A stretch of 64,000 bases of DNA from Eledone cirrhosa (lineage: Eukaryota), in NCBI GenBank assembly GCA_964016885.1, contig OZ024744.1, forward strand, positions 134,726,001 through 134,790,000. Direction: 5' to 3'. The translations under genes and the position numbers were made by a program. The notes beneath the pieces are model-generated. The model made no database searches. It was not told the DNA's origin and saw nothing but the letters and a program-made list of their open reading frames with translations. Below are positions 1 to 11,175 of the stretch, in pieces; positions within the stretch are counted from its first letter, which is position 1, and every line of letters starts with the position of its first letter.

Positions 1-2081
1 GTTGGGGTTAAATTAAGTTGGGGTTAAATTAAGTTGGGGTTAAGTTAAGTTGGGGGTAAGTTAAGTTGGGGGCAAGTTAAGTTGGGGTTAATTTAAGTTG
101 GGGTTAAATTAAGTTGGGGTTACGTTAAGTTGGTGTTAAGTTAAGTTGGGGTTAATTTAAGTTGGGGTTAATTAAGTTGGGGTTAAGTTAAGTTGGGGTT
201 AAGTTAAGTTGGGGTTAATTTAAGTTGGGGTTGAGTTAAGTTGGGGTTAAGTTAAGTTGGGGTTATATTAAGTTGGGGTTAAGTTAAGTTGGGGTTCAGT
301 TAAGTTGGGGTTAAGTTAAGTTGGGGTTAAGTTAAGTTGAGGTTAAGTTAAGTTGGGGTTAAGTTAAGTTGGTGTTAAGTTAAGTTGGGGCTAAGTTAAG
401 TTGGGGCTGAGTTAAGTTGGGGCTGAGTTAAGTTGGGGCTAAGTTAAGTTGGGGTTGAGTTAAGTTGGGGTTAATTTGGGGTTAAGTTAAGTTAGGTTTA
501 AGTTAAGTTGGGGTTAAGTTAAGTTGGGGTTAAGTTAAGTTGGGGTTAAGTTAAGTTGGGGTTAAGTTAAGTTGGAGTTAAGTTAAGTTGGGGTTGAGTT
601 AATTTGTGGTTAAGTTAAGTTGTGGTTAAGTTAAGTTGGGGTTAAGTTAAGTTGGGGTTAAGTTAAGTCGGTGTTAAGTTAAGTTGGGGTTAAGTTAAGT
701 TGGGGTTAAGTTAAGTCGGGGTTAAGTTAAGTTGGGGTTAAGTTAAGTTGGGGTTAATTTAAGTTGGGGTTAAGTTAAGTTGGGGGTAAGTTAAGTTGGG
801 GTTAAGTTAAGTTGGGGATAATTTAAGTTGGGGTTAAGTTAAGTTTGGGTTTAAGTTAAGTTGGGGTTAAGTTAAGTTGGGGTTAAGTTAAGTTGGGGTT
901 AAGTTAATTTGTGGTTAAGTTAATTTGGGGTTAAGTTAAGTTGGGGTTGAGTTAAGTTGGGGCTGAGTTAATTTGGGGTTAAGTTGAGTTGGGGTTAAGT
1001 TGGGTTTAAGTTAAGTTGGGGTTAAATTAAGTTGGGGTTAAATTAAGTTGGGGTTAAGTTAAGTTGGGGGTAAGTTAAGTTGGGGGCAAGTTAAGTTGGG
1101 GTTAATTTAAGTTGGGGTTAAATTAAGTTGGGGTTACGTTAAGTTGGTGTTAAGTTAAGTTGGGGTTAATTTAAGTTGGGGTTAATTAAGTTGGGGTTAA
1201 GTTAAGTTGGGGTTAAGTTAAGTTGGGGTTAATTTAAGTTGGGGTTGAGTTAAGTTGGGGTTAAGTTAAGTTGGGGTTATATTAAGTTGGGGTTAAGTTA
1301 AGTTGGGGTTCAGTTAAGTTGGGGTTAAGTTAAGTTGGGGTTAAGTTAAGTTGAGGTTAAGTTAAGTTGGGGTTAAGTTAAGTTGGTGTTAAGTTAAGTT
1401 GGGGCTAAGTTAAGTTGGGGCTGAGTTAAGTTGGGGCTGAGTTAAGTTGGGGCTAAGTTAAGTTGGGGTTGAGTTAAGTTGGGGTTAATTTGGGGTTAAG
1501 TTAAGTTGGGGTTAAGTTAAGTTGGGGTTAAGTTAAGTTGTGGTTAAGTTAAGTTGGGGTTAAGTTAAGTTGGGGTTAAGTTAAGTTGGGGTTGAGTTAA
1601 TTTGTGGTTAAGTTAAGTTGTGGTTAAGTTAAGTTGGGGTTAAGTTAAGTTGGGGTTAAGTTAAGTCGGTGTTAAGTTAAGTTGGGGTTAAGTTAAGTTG
1701 GGGTTAATTTAAGTTGGGGTTAAGTTAAGTTGGGGTTAAGTTAAGTTGGGGTTAAGTTAAGTTGGGGTTAAGTTAAGTTGGGGTTAAGTTAAGTTGGGGT
1801 TAATTTAAGTTGGGGTTAAGTTAAGTTGGGGTTAAGTTAAGTTGGGGTTAAGTTAAGTTGGGGTTAAGTTAAGTTGGGGATAATTTAAGTTGGTTAGTTA
1901 AGTTGAGTTTAAGTTAAGTTGGGGTTAATTTAAGTTGGGGTTAAGTTAAGCTGGGGTTAAGTTGGGGTTAAGTTAAGTTGGGGTTAATTTAAGTTTGGGT
2001 TAATTTAAGTTGGGGTTAAGTTAAGTTGGGGTTAAGTTAAGTTGGGGTTAAGTTAAGTTGGGGTTAAGTTAAGTTGGGGTT

Positions 2082-2298
2082 AACCCCAACTTAACTTAAC
2101 CCCAACTTAACTTAACCCCAACTTCACTCAACCCCAACGTAACTCAACCCCAACTTAACTTAACCCCAACTTCACTCAACCCCAACTTAACTTAACCCCA
2201 ACTTCACTCAACCCCAACTTAAGTCAACCCCAACTTAACTTAACCCCAACTTGACTTATCCCCAACTTAACTTAGCCCCAACTTAACTTAAGCCCAAA
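2082..2298 (-). repeat. Inverted satellite block 1, lineage A (CTTATCCCC subtype), 217 bp
   Basis: AACTTAACTTAACCCC units starting at GGGGTT|AACCCC and ending AAGCCCAAA|GTCGGGGTTGAG. Confidence 0.96.
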
Positions 2299-5200
2299 GT
2301 CGGGGTTGAGTTAAGTTGGCGTTAAATTAAGTTAGGCTTAACTTAAGTTGGGGGTAAGTTAAGTTGGGGGTAAGTTAAGTTGGGGTTAAGTTAAGTTGCG
2401 GTTAAGTTGGGGTTAAGTTAAGTTAGGGTTAAGTTAAGTTGGCGTTGAGTTAAGTTGGGGTTAATTAAGTGGTGGTTATGTTAAGTTGGGGTTAATTTAA
2501 ATTGGGGTGAAGTTAACTTTGTGGTTAAGTTAAGTTGGGGTTAAGTTAAGTTGGGGTTAAGTTGGTGTTGAGTTAAGTTGGGGTTGAGTGAAGTTGGGGT
2601 TAAGTTAAGTTGGGGTAAAGTTAAGTTGGGGTTAAGTTAAGTCGGGGTTAAGTTAAGTTGTGGTTGAGTTAAGTTGGGGTTAATTTAAGTTGGGGCTAAG
2701 TTAATTTGTGGTTAAGTTAAGTTGGGGCTAAGTTAAGTTGGGGCTAAGTTAAGTTGGGGCTAAGTTAAGTTGGGGTTAAGTTAAGTTGGGGTTAAGTTAA
2801 GTTGGGGTTAAGTTAAGTTGGTGTTAAGTTAAGTTGGGGCTAAGTTAAGTTGGGGCTGAGTTAAGTTAGGGCTGAGTTAAGTTTGGGTTAAGTTAAGTTG
2901 GGGTTGAGTTAAGTTGGGGTTAAGTTAAGTTGGGGTCAAGTTAAGTTGGGGTTAAGTTGGGGTTAATTTAAGTTAGGTTTAAGTTAAGTTGGGGTTAAGT
3001 TAAGTTGGGGTTAAGTTAAGTTGGGGTTAAGTTAAGTTGGGGTTAAGTTAAGTTGGGGTTAAGTTAATTTGTGGTTAAGTTAAGTTGGGGTTAAGTTAAG
3101 TTGGGGTTAAGTTAAGTTGGGGTTAAGTTAAGTCGGGGTTAAGTTAAGTTGGGGTTAAGTTAAGTTGGGGTTAATTTAAGTTGGGGTTAAGTTAAGTTGG
3201 GGTTAAGTTAAGTTGGGGTTAAGTTAAGTTGGGGATAATTTAAGTTGGGGTTAAGTTAAGTTTGGGTTTAAGTTAAGTTGGGGTTAAGTTAAGTTGGGGT
3301 TAAGTTAAGTTGGGGTTAAGTTAATTTGTGGTTAAGTTAAGTTGGGGTTAAGTTAAGTTGGGGTTGAGTTAAGTTGGGGCTGAGTTAATTTGGGGTTAAG
3401 TTAAGTTGGGGTTAAGTTGGGTTTAAGTTAAGTTGGGGTTAAATTAAGTTGGGGTTAAATTAAGTTGGGGTTAAGTTAAGTTGGGGGTAAGTTAAGTTGG
3501 GGGCAAGTTAAGTTGGGGTTAATTTAAGTTGGGGTTAAATTAAGTTGGGGTTACGTTAAGTTGGTGTTAAGTTAAGTTGGGGTTAATTTAAGTTGGGGTT
3601 AATTAAGTTGGGGTTAAGTTAAGTTGGGGTTAAGTTAAGTTGGGGTTAATTTAAGTTGGGGTTGAGTTAAGTTGGGGTTAAGTTAAGTTGGGGTTATATT
3701 AAGTTGGGGTTAAGTTAAGTTGGGGTTCAGTTAAGTTGGGGTTAAGTTAAGTTGGGGTTAAGTTAAGTTGAGGTTAAGTTAAGTTGGGGTTAAGTTAAGT
3801 TGGTGTTAAGTTAAGTTGGGGCTAAGTTAAGTTGGGGCTGAGTTAAGTTGGGGCTGAGTTAAGTTGGGGCTAAGTTAAGTTGGGGTTGAGTTAAGTTGGG
3901 GTTAATTTGGGGTTAAGTTAAGTTAGGTTTAAGTTAAGTTGGGGTTAAGTTAAGTTGGGGTTAAGTTAAGTTGGGGTTAAGTTAAGTTGGGGTTAAGTTA
4001 AGTTGGAGTTAAGTTAAGTTGGGGTTGAGTTAATTTGTGGTTAAGTTAAGTTGTGGTTAAGTTAAGTTGGGGTTAAGTTAAGTTGGGGTTAAGTTAAGTC
4101 GGTGTTAAGTTAAGTTGGGGTTAAGTTAAGTTGGGGTTAATTTAAGTTGGGGTTAAGTTAAGTTGGGGTTAAGTTAAGTCGGGGTTAAGTTAAGTTGGGG
4201 TTAAGTTAAGTTGGGGTTAATTTAAGTTGGGGTTAAGTTAAGTTGGGGTTAAGTTAAGTTGGGGTTAAGTTAAGTTGGGGTTAAGTTAAGTTGGGGATAA
4301 TTTAAGTTGGGGTTAAGTTAAGTTTGAGTTTAAGTTAAGTTGGGGTTAAGTTAAGTTGGGGTTAAGTTAAGTTGGGGTTAATTTAAGTTGGTTAGTTAAG
4401 TTGAGTTTAAGTTAAGTTGGGGTTAATTTAAGTTGGGGTTAAGTTAAGCTGGGGTTAAGTTAAGTTGGGGTTAAGTTAAGTTGGGGTTAATTTAAGTTGG
4501 GGTTAATTTAAGTCGGGGTTAAGTTAAGTTGTGGTTGAGTTAAGTTTGGGTTAATTTAAGTTGGGGCTAAGTTAATTTGTGGTTAAGTTAAGTTTGGGTT
4601 AAGTTAAGTTGGGGTTAAGTTAAGTTGGGGTTGAGTTAAGTTGGGGTTGAGTTAATTTGGGGTTAAATTAAGTTGGCGTTAAGTTAAGTTGGGTTTAAGT
4701 TAAGTTGGGGTTAAATTAAGTTGGGGTTAAATTAAGTTGGGGTTAAGTTAAGTTGGGGGTAAGTTAAGTTGGGGGCAAGTTAAGTTGGGGTTAATTTAAG
4801 TTGGGGTTAAATTAAGTTGGGGTTACGTTAAGTTGGTGTTAAGTTAAGTTGGGGTTAATTTAAGTTGGGGTTGAGTTAAGTTGGGGTTCAGTTAAGTTGG
4901 GGATAAGTTAAGTTGGGGTTAAGTTAAGTTGGGGTTAATTAAGTTGGGGTTGAGTTAAGTTGGGGTTGAGTTAAATTGGGGTTGAGTTAAGTTGGGGTTG
5001 AGTTAAGTTGGTGTTGAGTTAAGTTGGGGTTAAGTTAAGTTGGGGTTAAGTTAAGTTGCAGTTAAGTTAAGTTGAGGTTAAGTTAAGGTGCGGTTAAGTT
5101 AAGTTGAGGTTAAGTTAAGTTGGGGCTAAGTTAAGTTGGGGCTAAGTTAAGTTGGGGCTAAGTTAAGTTGGGGTTAAGTTACGTTGGGGTTAAGTTAAGT

Positions 5201-5492
5201 CGGGGTTAAGTTAAGTTGGGGTTAAGTTAAGTTGGGGTTAATTTAAGTTGGGGTTAAGTTATGTTGGGTTTAAGTTTAGTAGGGGTTAAGTTAAGTTGGG
5301 GTTAAGTTAAGTTGGGTTTAAGTTAAGTTGGGGTTAAGTTAAGTTGGGGTCAAGTTAAGTTGGGGTTAAGTTAAGTTGGTTAGTTAAGTTGAGTTTAAGT
5401 TAAGTTGGGGTTAATTTAAGTTGGGGTTAAGTTAAGTTGGGGTTAAGTTAAGTTGGAGTTAAGTTAAGTTGGGGTTAAGTTAAGTTGGGGTT

Positions 5493-5708
5493 AACCCCAA
5501 CTTAACTTAACCCCAACTTAACTTAACCCCAACTTCACTCAACCCAACGTAACTCAACGCCAACTTAACTTAACCCCAACTTCACTCAACCCCAACTTAA
5601 CTTAACCCCAACTTCACTCAACCCCAACTTAAGTCAACCCCAACTTAACTTAACCCCAACTTGACTTAACCCCAACTTAACTTAGCCCCAACTTAACTTA
5701 AGCCCAAA
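5493..5708 (-). repeat. Inverted block 2, lineage A (AACCCAACGT + AACGCC subtype), 216 bp
   Basis: Same junctions as block 1, with a 3-C monomer and the CAACGCCAAC variant. Confidence 0.96.
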
Positions 5709-8700
5709 GTCGGGGTTGAGTTAAGTTGGCGTTAAGTTAGGCTTAACTTAAGTTGGGGGTAAGTTAAGTTGGGGGTAAGTTAAGTTGGGGTTAAGTTAAG
5801 TTGCGGTTAAGTTGGGGTTAAGTTAAGTTAGGGTTAAGTTAAGTTGGCGTTGAGTTAAGTTGGGGTTAATTAAGTGGTGGTTATGTTAAGTTGGGGTTAA
5901 TTTAAATTGGGGTGAAGTTAACTTTGTGGTTAAGTTAAGTTGGGGTTAAGTTAAGTTGGGGTTAAGTTGGTGTTGAGTTAAGTTGGGGTTGAGTGAAGTT
6001 GGGGTTAAGTTAAGTTGGGGTAAAGTTAAGTTGGGGTTAAGTTAAGTCGGGGTTAAGTTAAGTTGTGGTTGAGTTAAGTTGGGGTTAATTTAAGTTGGGG
6101 CTAAGTTAATTTGTGGTTAAGTTAAGTTGGGGCTAAGTTAAGTTGGGGCTAAGTTAAGTTGGGGCTAAGTTAAGTTGGGGTTAAGTTAAGTTGGGGTTAA
6201 GTTAAGTTGGGGTTAAGTTAAGTTGGTGTTAAGTTAAGTTGGGGCTAAGTTAAGTTGGGGCTGAGTTAAGTTAGGGCTGAGTTAAGTTTGGGTTAAGTTA
6301 AGTTGGGGTTGAGTTAAGTTGGGGTTAAGTTAAGTTGGGGTCAAGTTAAGTTGGGGTTAAGTTGGGGTTAATTTAAGTTAGGTTTAAGTTAAGTTGGGGT
6401 TAAGTTAAGTTGGGGTTAAGTTAAGTTGGGGTTAAGTTAAGTTGGGGTTAAGTTAAGTTGGGGTTAAGTTAATTTGTGGTTAAGTTAAGTTGGGGTTAAG
6501 TTAAGTTGGGGTTAAGTTAAGTTGGGGTTAAGTTAAGTCGGGGTTAAGTTAAGTTGGGGTTAAGTTAAGTTGGGGTTAATTTAAGTTGGGGTTAAGTTAA
6601 GTTGGGGTTAAGTTAAGTTGGGGTTAAGTTAAGTTGGGGATAATTTAAGTTGGGGTTAAGTTAAGTTTGGGTTTAAGTTAAGTTGGGGTTAAGTTAAGTT
6701 GGGGTTAAGTTAAGTTGGGGTTAAGTTAATTTGTGGTTAAGTTAAGTTGGGGTTAAGTTAAGTTGGGGTTGAGTTAAGTTGGGGCTGAGTTAATTTGGGG
6801 TTAAGTTAAGTTGGGGTTAAGTTGGGTTTAAGTTAAGTTGGGGTTAAATTAAGTTGGGGTTAAATTAAGTTGGGGTTAAGTTAAGTTGGGGGTAAGTTAA
6901 GTTGGGGGCAAGTTAAGTTGGGGTTAATTTAAGTTGGGGTTAAATTAAGTTGGGGTTACGTTAAGTTGGTGTTAAGTTAAGTTGGGGTTAATTTAAGTTG
7001 GGGTTAATTAAGTTGGGGTTAAGTTAAGTTGGGGTTAAGTTAAGTTGGGGTTAATTTAAGTTGGGGTTGAGTTAAGTTGGGGTTAAGTTAAGTTGGGGTT
7101 ATATTAAGTTGGGGTTAAGTTAAGTTGGGGTTCAGTTAAGTTGGGGTTAAGTTAAGTTGGGGTTAAGTTAAGTTGAGGTTAAGTTAAGTTGGGGTTAAGT
7201 TAAGTTGGTGTTAAGTTAAGTTGGGGCTAAGTTAAGTTGGGGCTGAGTTAAGTTGGGGCTGAGTTAAGTTGGGGCTAAGTTAAGTTGGGGTTGAGTTAAG
7301 TTGGGGTTAATTTGGGGTTAAGTTAAGTTAGGTTTAAGTTAAGTTGGGGTTAAGTTAAGTTGGGGTTAAGTTAAGTTGGGGTTAAGTTAAGTTGGGGTTA
7401 AGTTAAGTTGGAGTTAAGTTAAGTTGGGGTTGAGTTAATTTGTGGTTAAGTTAAGTTGTGGTTAAGTTAAGTTGGGGTTAAGTTAAGTTGGGGTTAAGTT
7501 AAGTCGGTGTTAAGTTAAGTTGGGGTTAAGTTAAGTTGGGGTTAATTTAAGTTGGGGTTAAGTTAAGTTGGGGTTAAGTTAAGTTGGGGTTAAGTTAAGT
7601 CGGGGTTAAGTTAAGTTGGGGTTAAGTTAAGTTGGGGTTAATTTAAGTTGGGGTTAAGTTAAGTTGGGGTTAAGTTAAGTTGGGGTTAAGTTAAGTTGGG
7701 GTTAAGTTAAGTTGGGGATAATTTAAGTTGGGGTTAAGTTAAGTTTGAGTTTAAGTTAAGTTGGGGTTAAGTTAAGTTGGGGTTAAGTTAAGTTGGGGTT
7801 AATTTAAGTTGGTTAGTTAAGTTGAGTTTAAGTTAAGTTGGGGTTAATTTAAGTTGGGGTTAAGTTAAGCTGGGGTTAAGTTAAGTTGGGGTTAAGTTAA
7901 GTTGGGGTTAATTTAAGTTGGGGTTAATTTAAGTCGGGGTTAAGTTAAGTTGTGGTTGAGTTAAGTTTGGGTTAATTTAAGTTGGGGCTAAGTTAATTTG
8001 TGGTTAAGTTAAGTTTGGGTTAAGTTAAGTTGGGGTTAAGTTAAGTTGGGGTTGAGTTAAGTTGGGGTTGAGTTAATTTGGGGTTAAATTAAGTTGGCGT
8101 TAAGTTAAGTTGGGTTTAAGTTAAGTTGGGGTTAAATTAAGTTGGGGTTAAATTAAGTTGGGGTTAAGTTAAGTTGGGGGTAAGTTAAGTTGGGGGCAAG
8201 TTAAGTTGGGGTTAATTTAAGTTGGGGTTAAATTAAGTTGGGGTTACGTTAAGTTGGTGTTAAGTTAAGTTGGGGTTAATTTAAGTTGGGGTTGAGTTAA
8301 GTTGGGGTTCAGTTAAGTTGGGGATAAGTTAAGTTGGGGTTAAGTTAAGTTGGGGTTAATTAAGTTGGGGTTGAGTTAAGTTGGGGTTGAGTTAAATTGG
8401 GGTTGAGTTAAGTTGGGGTTGAGTTAAGTTGGTGTTGAGTTAAGTTGGGGTTAAGTTAAGTTGGGGTTAAGTTAAGTTGCAGTTAAGTTAAGTTGAGGTT
8501 AAGTTAAGGTGCGGTTAAGTTAAGTTGAGGTTAAGTTAAGTTGGGGCTAAGTTAAGTTGGGGCTAAGTTAAGTTGGGGCTAAGTTAAGTTGGGGTTAAGT
8601 TACGTTGGGGTTAAGTTAAGTCGGGGTTAAGTTAAGTTGGGGTTAAGTTAAGTTGGGGTTAATTTAAGTTGGGGTTAAGTTATGTTGGGTTTAAGTTTAG

Positions 8701-8913
8701 TAGGGGTTAAGTTAAGTTGGGGTTAAGTTAAGTTGGGTTTAAGTTAAGTTGGGGTTAAGTTAAGTTGGGGTCAAGTTAAGTTGGGGTTAAGTTAAGTTGG
8801 TTAGTTAAGTTGAGTTTAAGTTAAGTTGGGGTTAATTTAAGTTGGGGTTAAGTTAAGTTGGGGTTAAGTTAAGTTGGAGTTAAGTTAAGTTGGGGTTAAG
8901 TTAAGTTGGGGTT

Positions 8914-9129
8914 AACCCCAACTTAACTTAACCCCAACTTAACTTAACCCCAACTTCACTCAACCCAACGTAACTCAACGCCAACTTAACTTAACCCCAA
9001 CTTCACTCAACCCCAACTTAACTTAACCCCAACTTCACTCAACCCCAACTTAAGTCAACCCCAACTTAACTTAACCCCAACTTGACTTAACCCCAACTTA
9101 ACTTAGCCCCAACTTAACTTAAGCCCAAA
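8914..9129 (-). repeat. Inverted block 3, lineage A (AACGCC subtype), 216 bp
   Basis: Carries the same diagnostic variants as block 2. Confidence 0.96.
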
Positions 9130-10959
9130 GTCGGGGTTGAGTTAAGTTGGCGTTAAGTTAGGCTTAACTTAAGTTGGGGGTAAGTTAAGTTGGGGGTAAG
9201 TTAAGTTGGGGTTAAGTTAAGTTGCGGTTAAGTTGGGGTTAAGTTAAGATAGGGTTAAGTTAAGTTGGCGTTGAGTTAAGTTGGGGTTAATTAAGTGGTG
9301 GTTATGTTAAGTTGGGGTTAATTTAAATTGGGGTGAAGTTAACTTTGTGGTTAAGTTAAGTTGGGGTTAAGTTAAGTTGGGGTTAAGTTGGGGTTGAGTT
9401 AAGTTGGGGTTGAGTGAAGTTGGGGTTAAGTTAAGTTGGGGTAAAGTTAAGTTGGGGTTAAGTTAAGTCGGGGTTAAGTTAAGTTGTGGTTGAGTTAAGT
9501 TGGGGTTAATTTAAGTTGGGGCTAAGTTAATTTGTGGTTAAGTTAAGTTGGGGTTAAGTTAAGTTGGGGTTAAGTTAAGTTGGGGTTAAGTTAAGTTGCA
9601 GTTAAGTTAAGTTGAGGTTAAGTTAAGTTGGGGCTAAGTTAAGTTGGGGCTAAGTTAAGTTGGGGCTAAGTTAAGTTGGGGTTAAGTTAAGTTGGGGTTA
9701 AGTTAAGTTGGGGTTAAGTTAAGTTGGTGTTAAGTTAAGTTGGGGCTAAGTTAAGTTGGGGTTAAGTTAAGTTGGGGTTAAGTTAAGTTGGGGTTAAGTT
9801 AATTTGTGGTTAAGTTAAGTTGGGGTTAAGTTAAGTTGGGGTTAAGTTAAGTTGGGGTTAAGTTAAGTCGGGGTTAAGTTAAGTTGGGGTTAAGTTAAGT
9901 TGGGGTTAATTTAAGTTGGGGTTAAGTTAAGTTGGGGTTAAGTTAAGTTGGGGTTAAGTTAAGTTGGGGATAATTTAAGTTGGGGTTAAGTTAAGTTTGG
10001 GTTTAAGTTAAGTTGGGGTTAAGTTAAGTTGGGGTTAAGTTAAGTTGGGGTTAAGTTAATTTGTGGTTAAGTTAAGTTGGGGTTAAGTTAAGTTGGGGTT
10101 GAGTTAAGTTGGGGCTGAGTTAATTTGGGGTTAAGTTAAGTTGGGGTTAAGTTAAGTTGGGTTTAAGTTAAGTTGGGGTTAAATTAAGTTGGGGTTAAAT
10201 TAAGTTGGGGTTAAGTTAAGTTGGGGGTAAGTTAAGTTGGGGGCAAGTTAAGTTGGGGTTAATTTAAGTTGGGGTTAAATTAAGTTGGGGTTACGTTAAG
10301 TTGGTGTTAAGTTAAGTTGGGGTTAATTTAAGTTGGGGTTGAGTTAAGTTGGGGTTCAGTTAAGTTGGGGATAAGTTAAGTTGGGGTTAAGTTAAGTTGG
10401 GGTTAATTAAGTTGGGGTTGAGTTAAGTTGGGGTTGAGTTAAATTGGGGTTGAGTTAAGTTGGGGTTGAGTTAAGTTGGTGTTGAGTTAAGTTGGGGTTA
10501 AGTTAAGTTGGGGTTAAGTTAAGTTGCAGTTAAGTTAAGTTGAGGTTAAGTTAAGGTGCGGTTAAGTTAAGTTGAGGTTAAGTTAAGTTGGGGCTAAGTT
10601 AAGTTGGGGCTAAGTTAAGTTGGGGCTAAGTTAAGTTGGGGTTAAGTTACGTTGGGGTTAAGTTAAGTCGGGGTTAAGTTAAGTTGGGGTTAAGTTAAGT
10701 TGGGGTTAATTTAAGTTGGGGTTAAGTTATGTTGGGTTTAAGTTTAGTAGGGGTTAAGTTAAGTTGGGGTTAAGTTAAGTTGGGTTTAAGTTAAGTTGGG
10801 GTTAAGTTAAGTTGGGGTCAAGTTAAGTTGGGGTTAAGTTAAGTTGGTTAGTTAAGTTGAGTTTAAGTTAAGTTGGGGTTAATTTAATTGGGGTTAAGTT
10901 AAGTTGGGGTTAAGTTAAGTTGGAGTTAAGTTAAGTTGGGGTTAAGTTAAGTTGGGGTT

Positions 10960-11175
10960 AACCCCAACTTAACTTAACCCCAACTTAACTTAACCCCAAC
11001 TTCACTCAACCCAACGTAACTCAACGCCAACTTAACTTAACCCCAACTTCACTCAACCCCAACTTAACTTAACCCCAACTTCACTCAACCCCAACTTAAG
11101 TCAACCCCAACTTAACTTAACCCCAACTTGACTTAACCCCAACTTAACTTAGCCCCAACTTAACTTAAGCCCAAA
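10960..11175 (-). repeat. Inverted block 4, lineage A (AACGCC subtype), 216 bp
   Basis: Carries the same diagnostic variants as blocks 2 and 3. Confidence 0.96.

Larger units (their letters stand above)
2082..9540 (+). repeat. ~3.42-kb higher-order tandem duplication (two copies plus a partial third)
   Basis: Block spacings are 3,411 and 3,421 bp. Rare variants occur in the same order in both copies (TTAGGGCTGAG, TATGTTGGGTT, TTTAGTAGGGG, TTGGAG). Confidence 0.88.

Noticed and set aside
2082-2298. Inverted blocks as sequencing fold-back chimeras
   Set aside because: They carry their own variants that do not mirror the adjacent upstream DNA. They recur 26 times with the same junctions and heritable subtypes, and the array returns to forward orientation after a fixed length.
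2424-2430. Canonical TTAGGG telomere repeats
   Set aside because: These are only isolated single-base variants of TTGGGG within monomers and are never tandem.
2082-2630. Cassette as a MITE or piggyBac-type TTAA insertion
   Set aside because: It consists wholly of satellite monomers, with no distinct terminal inverted repeats or demonstrable target-site duplication. Copies share flanks, which indicates segmental amplification. TTAA is simply part of the monomer.
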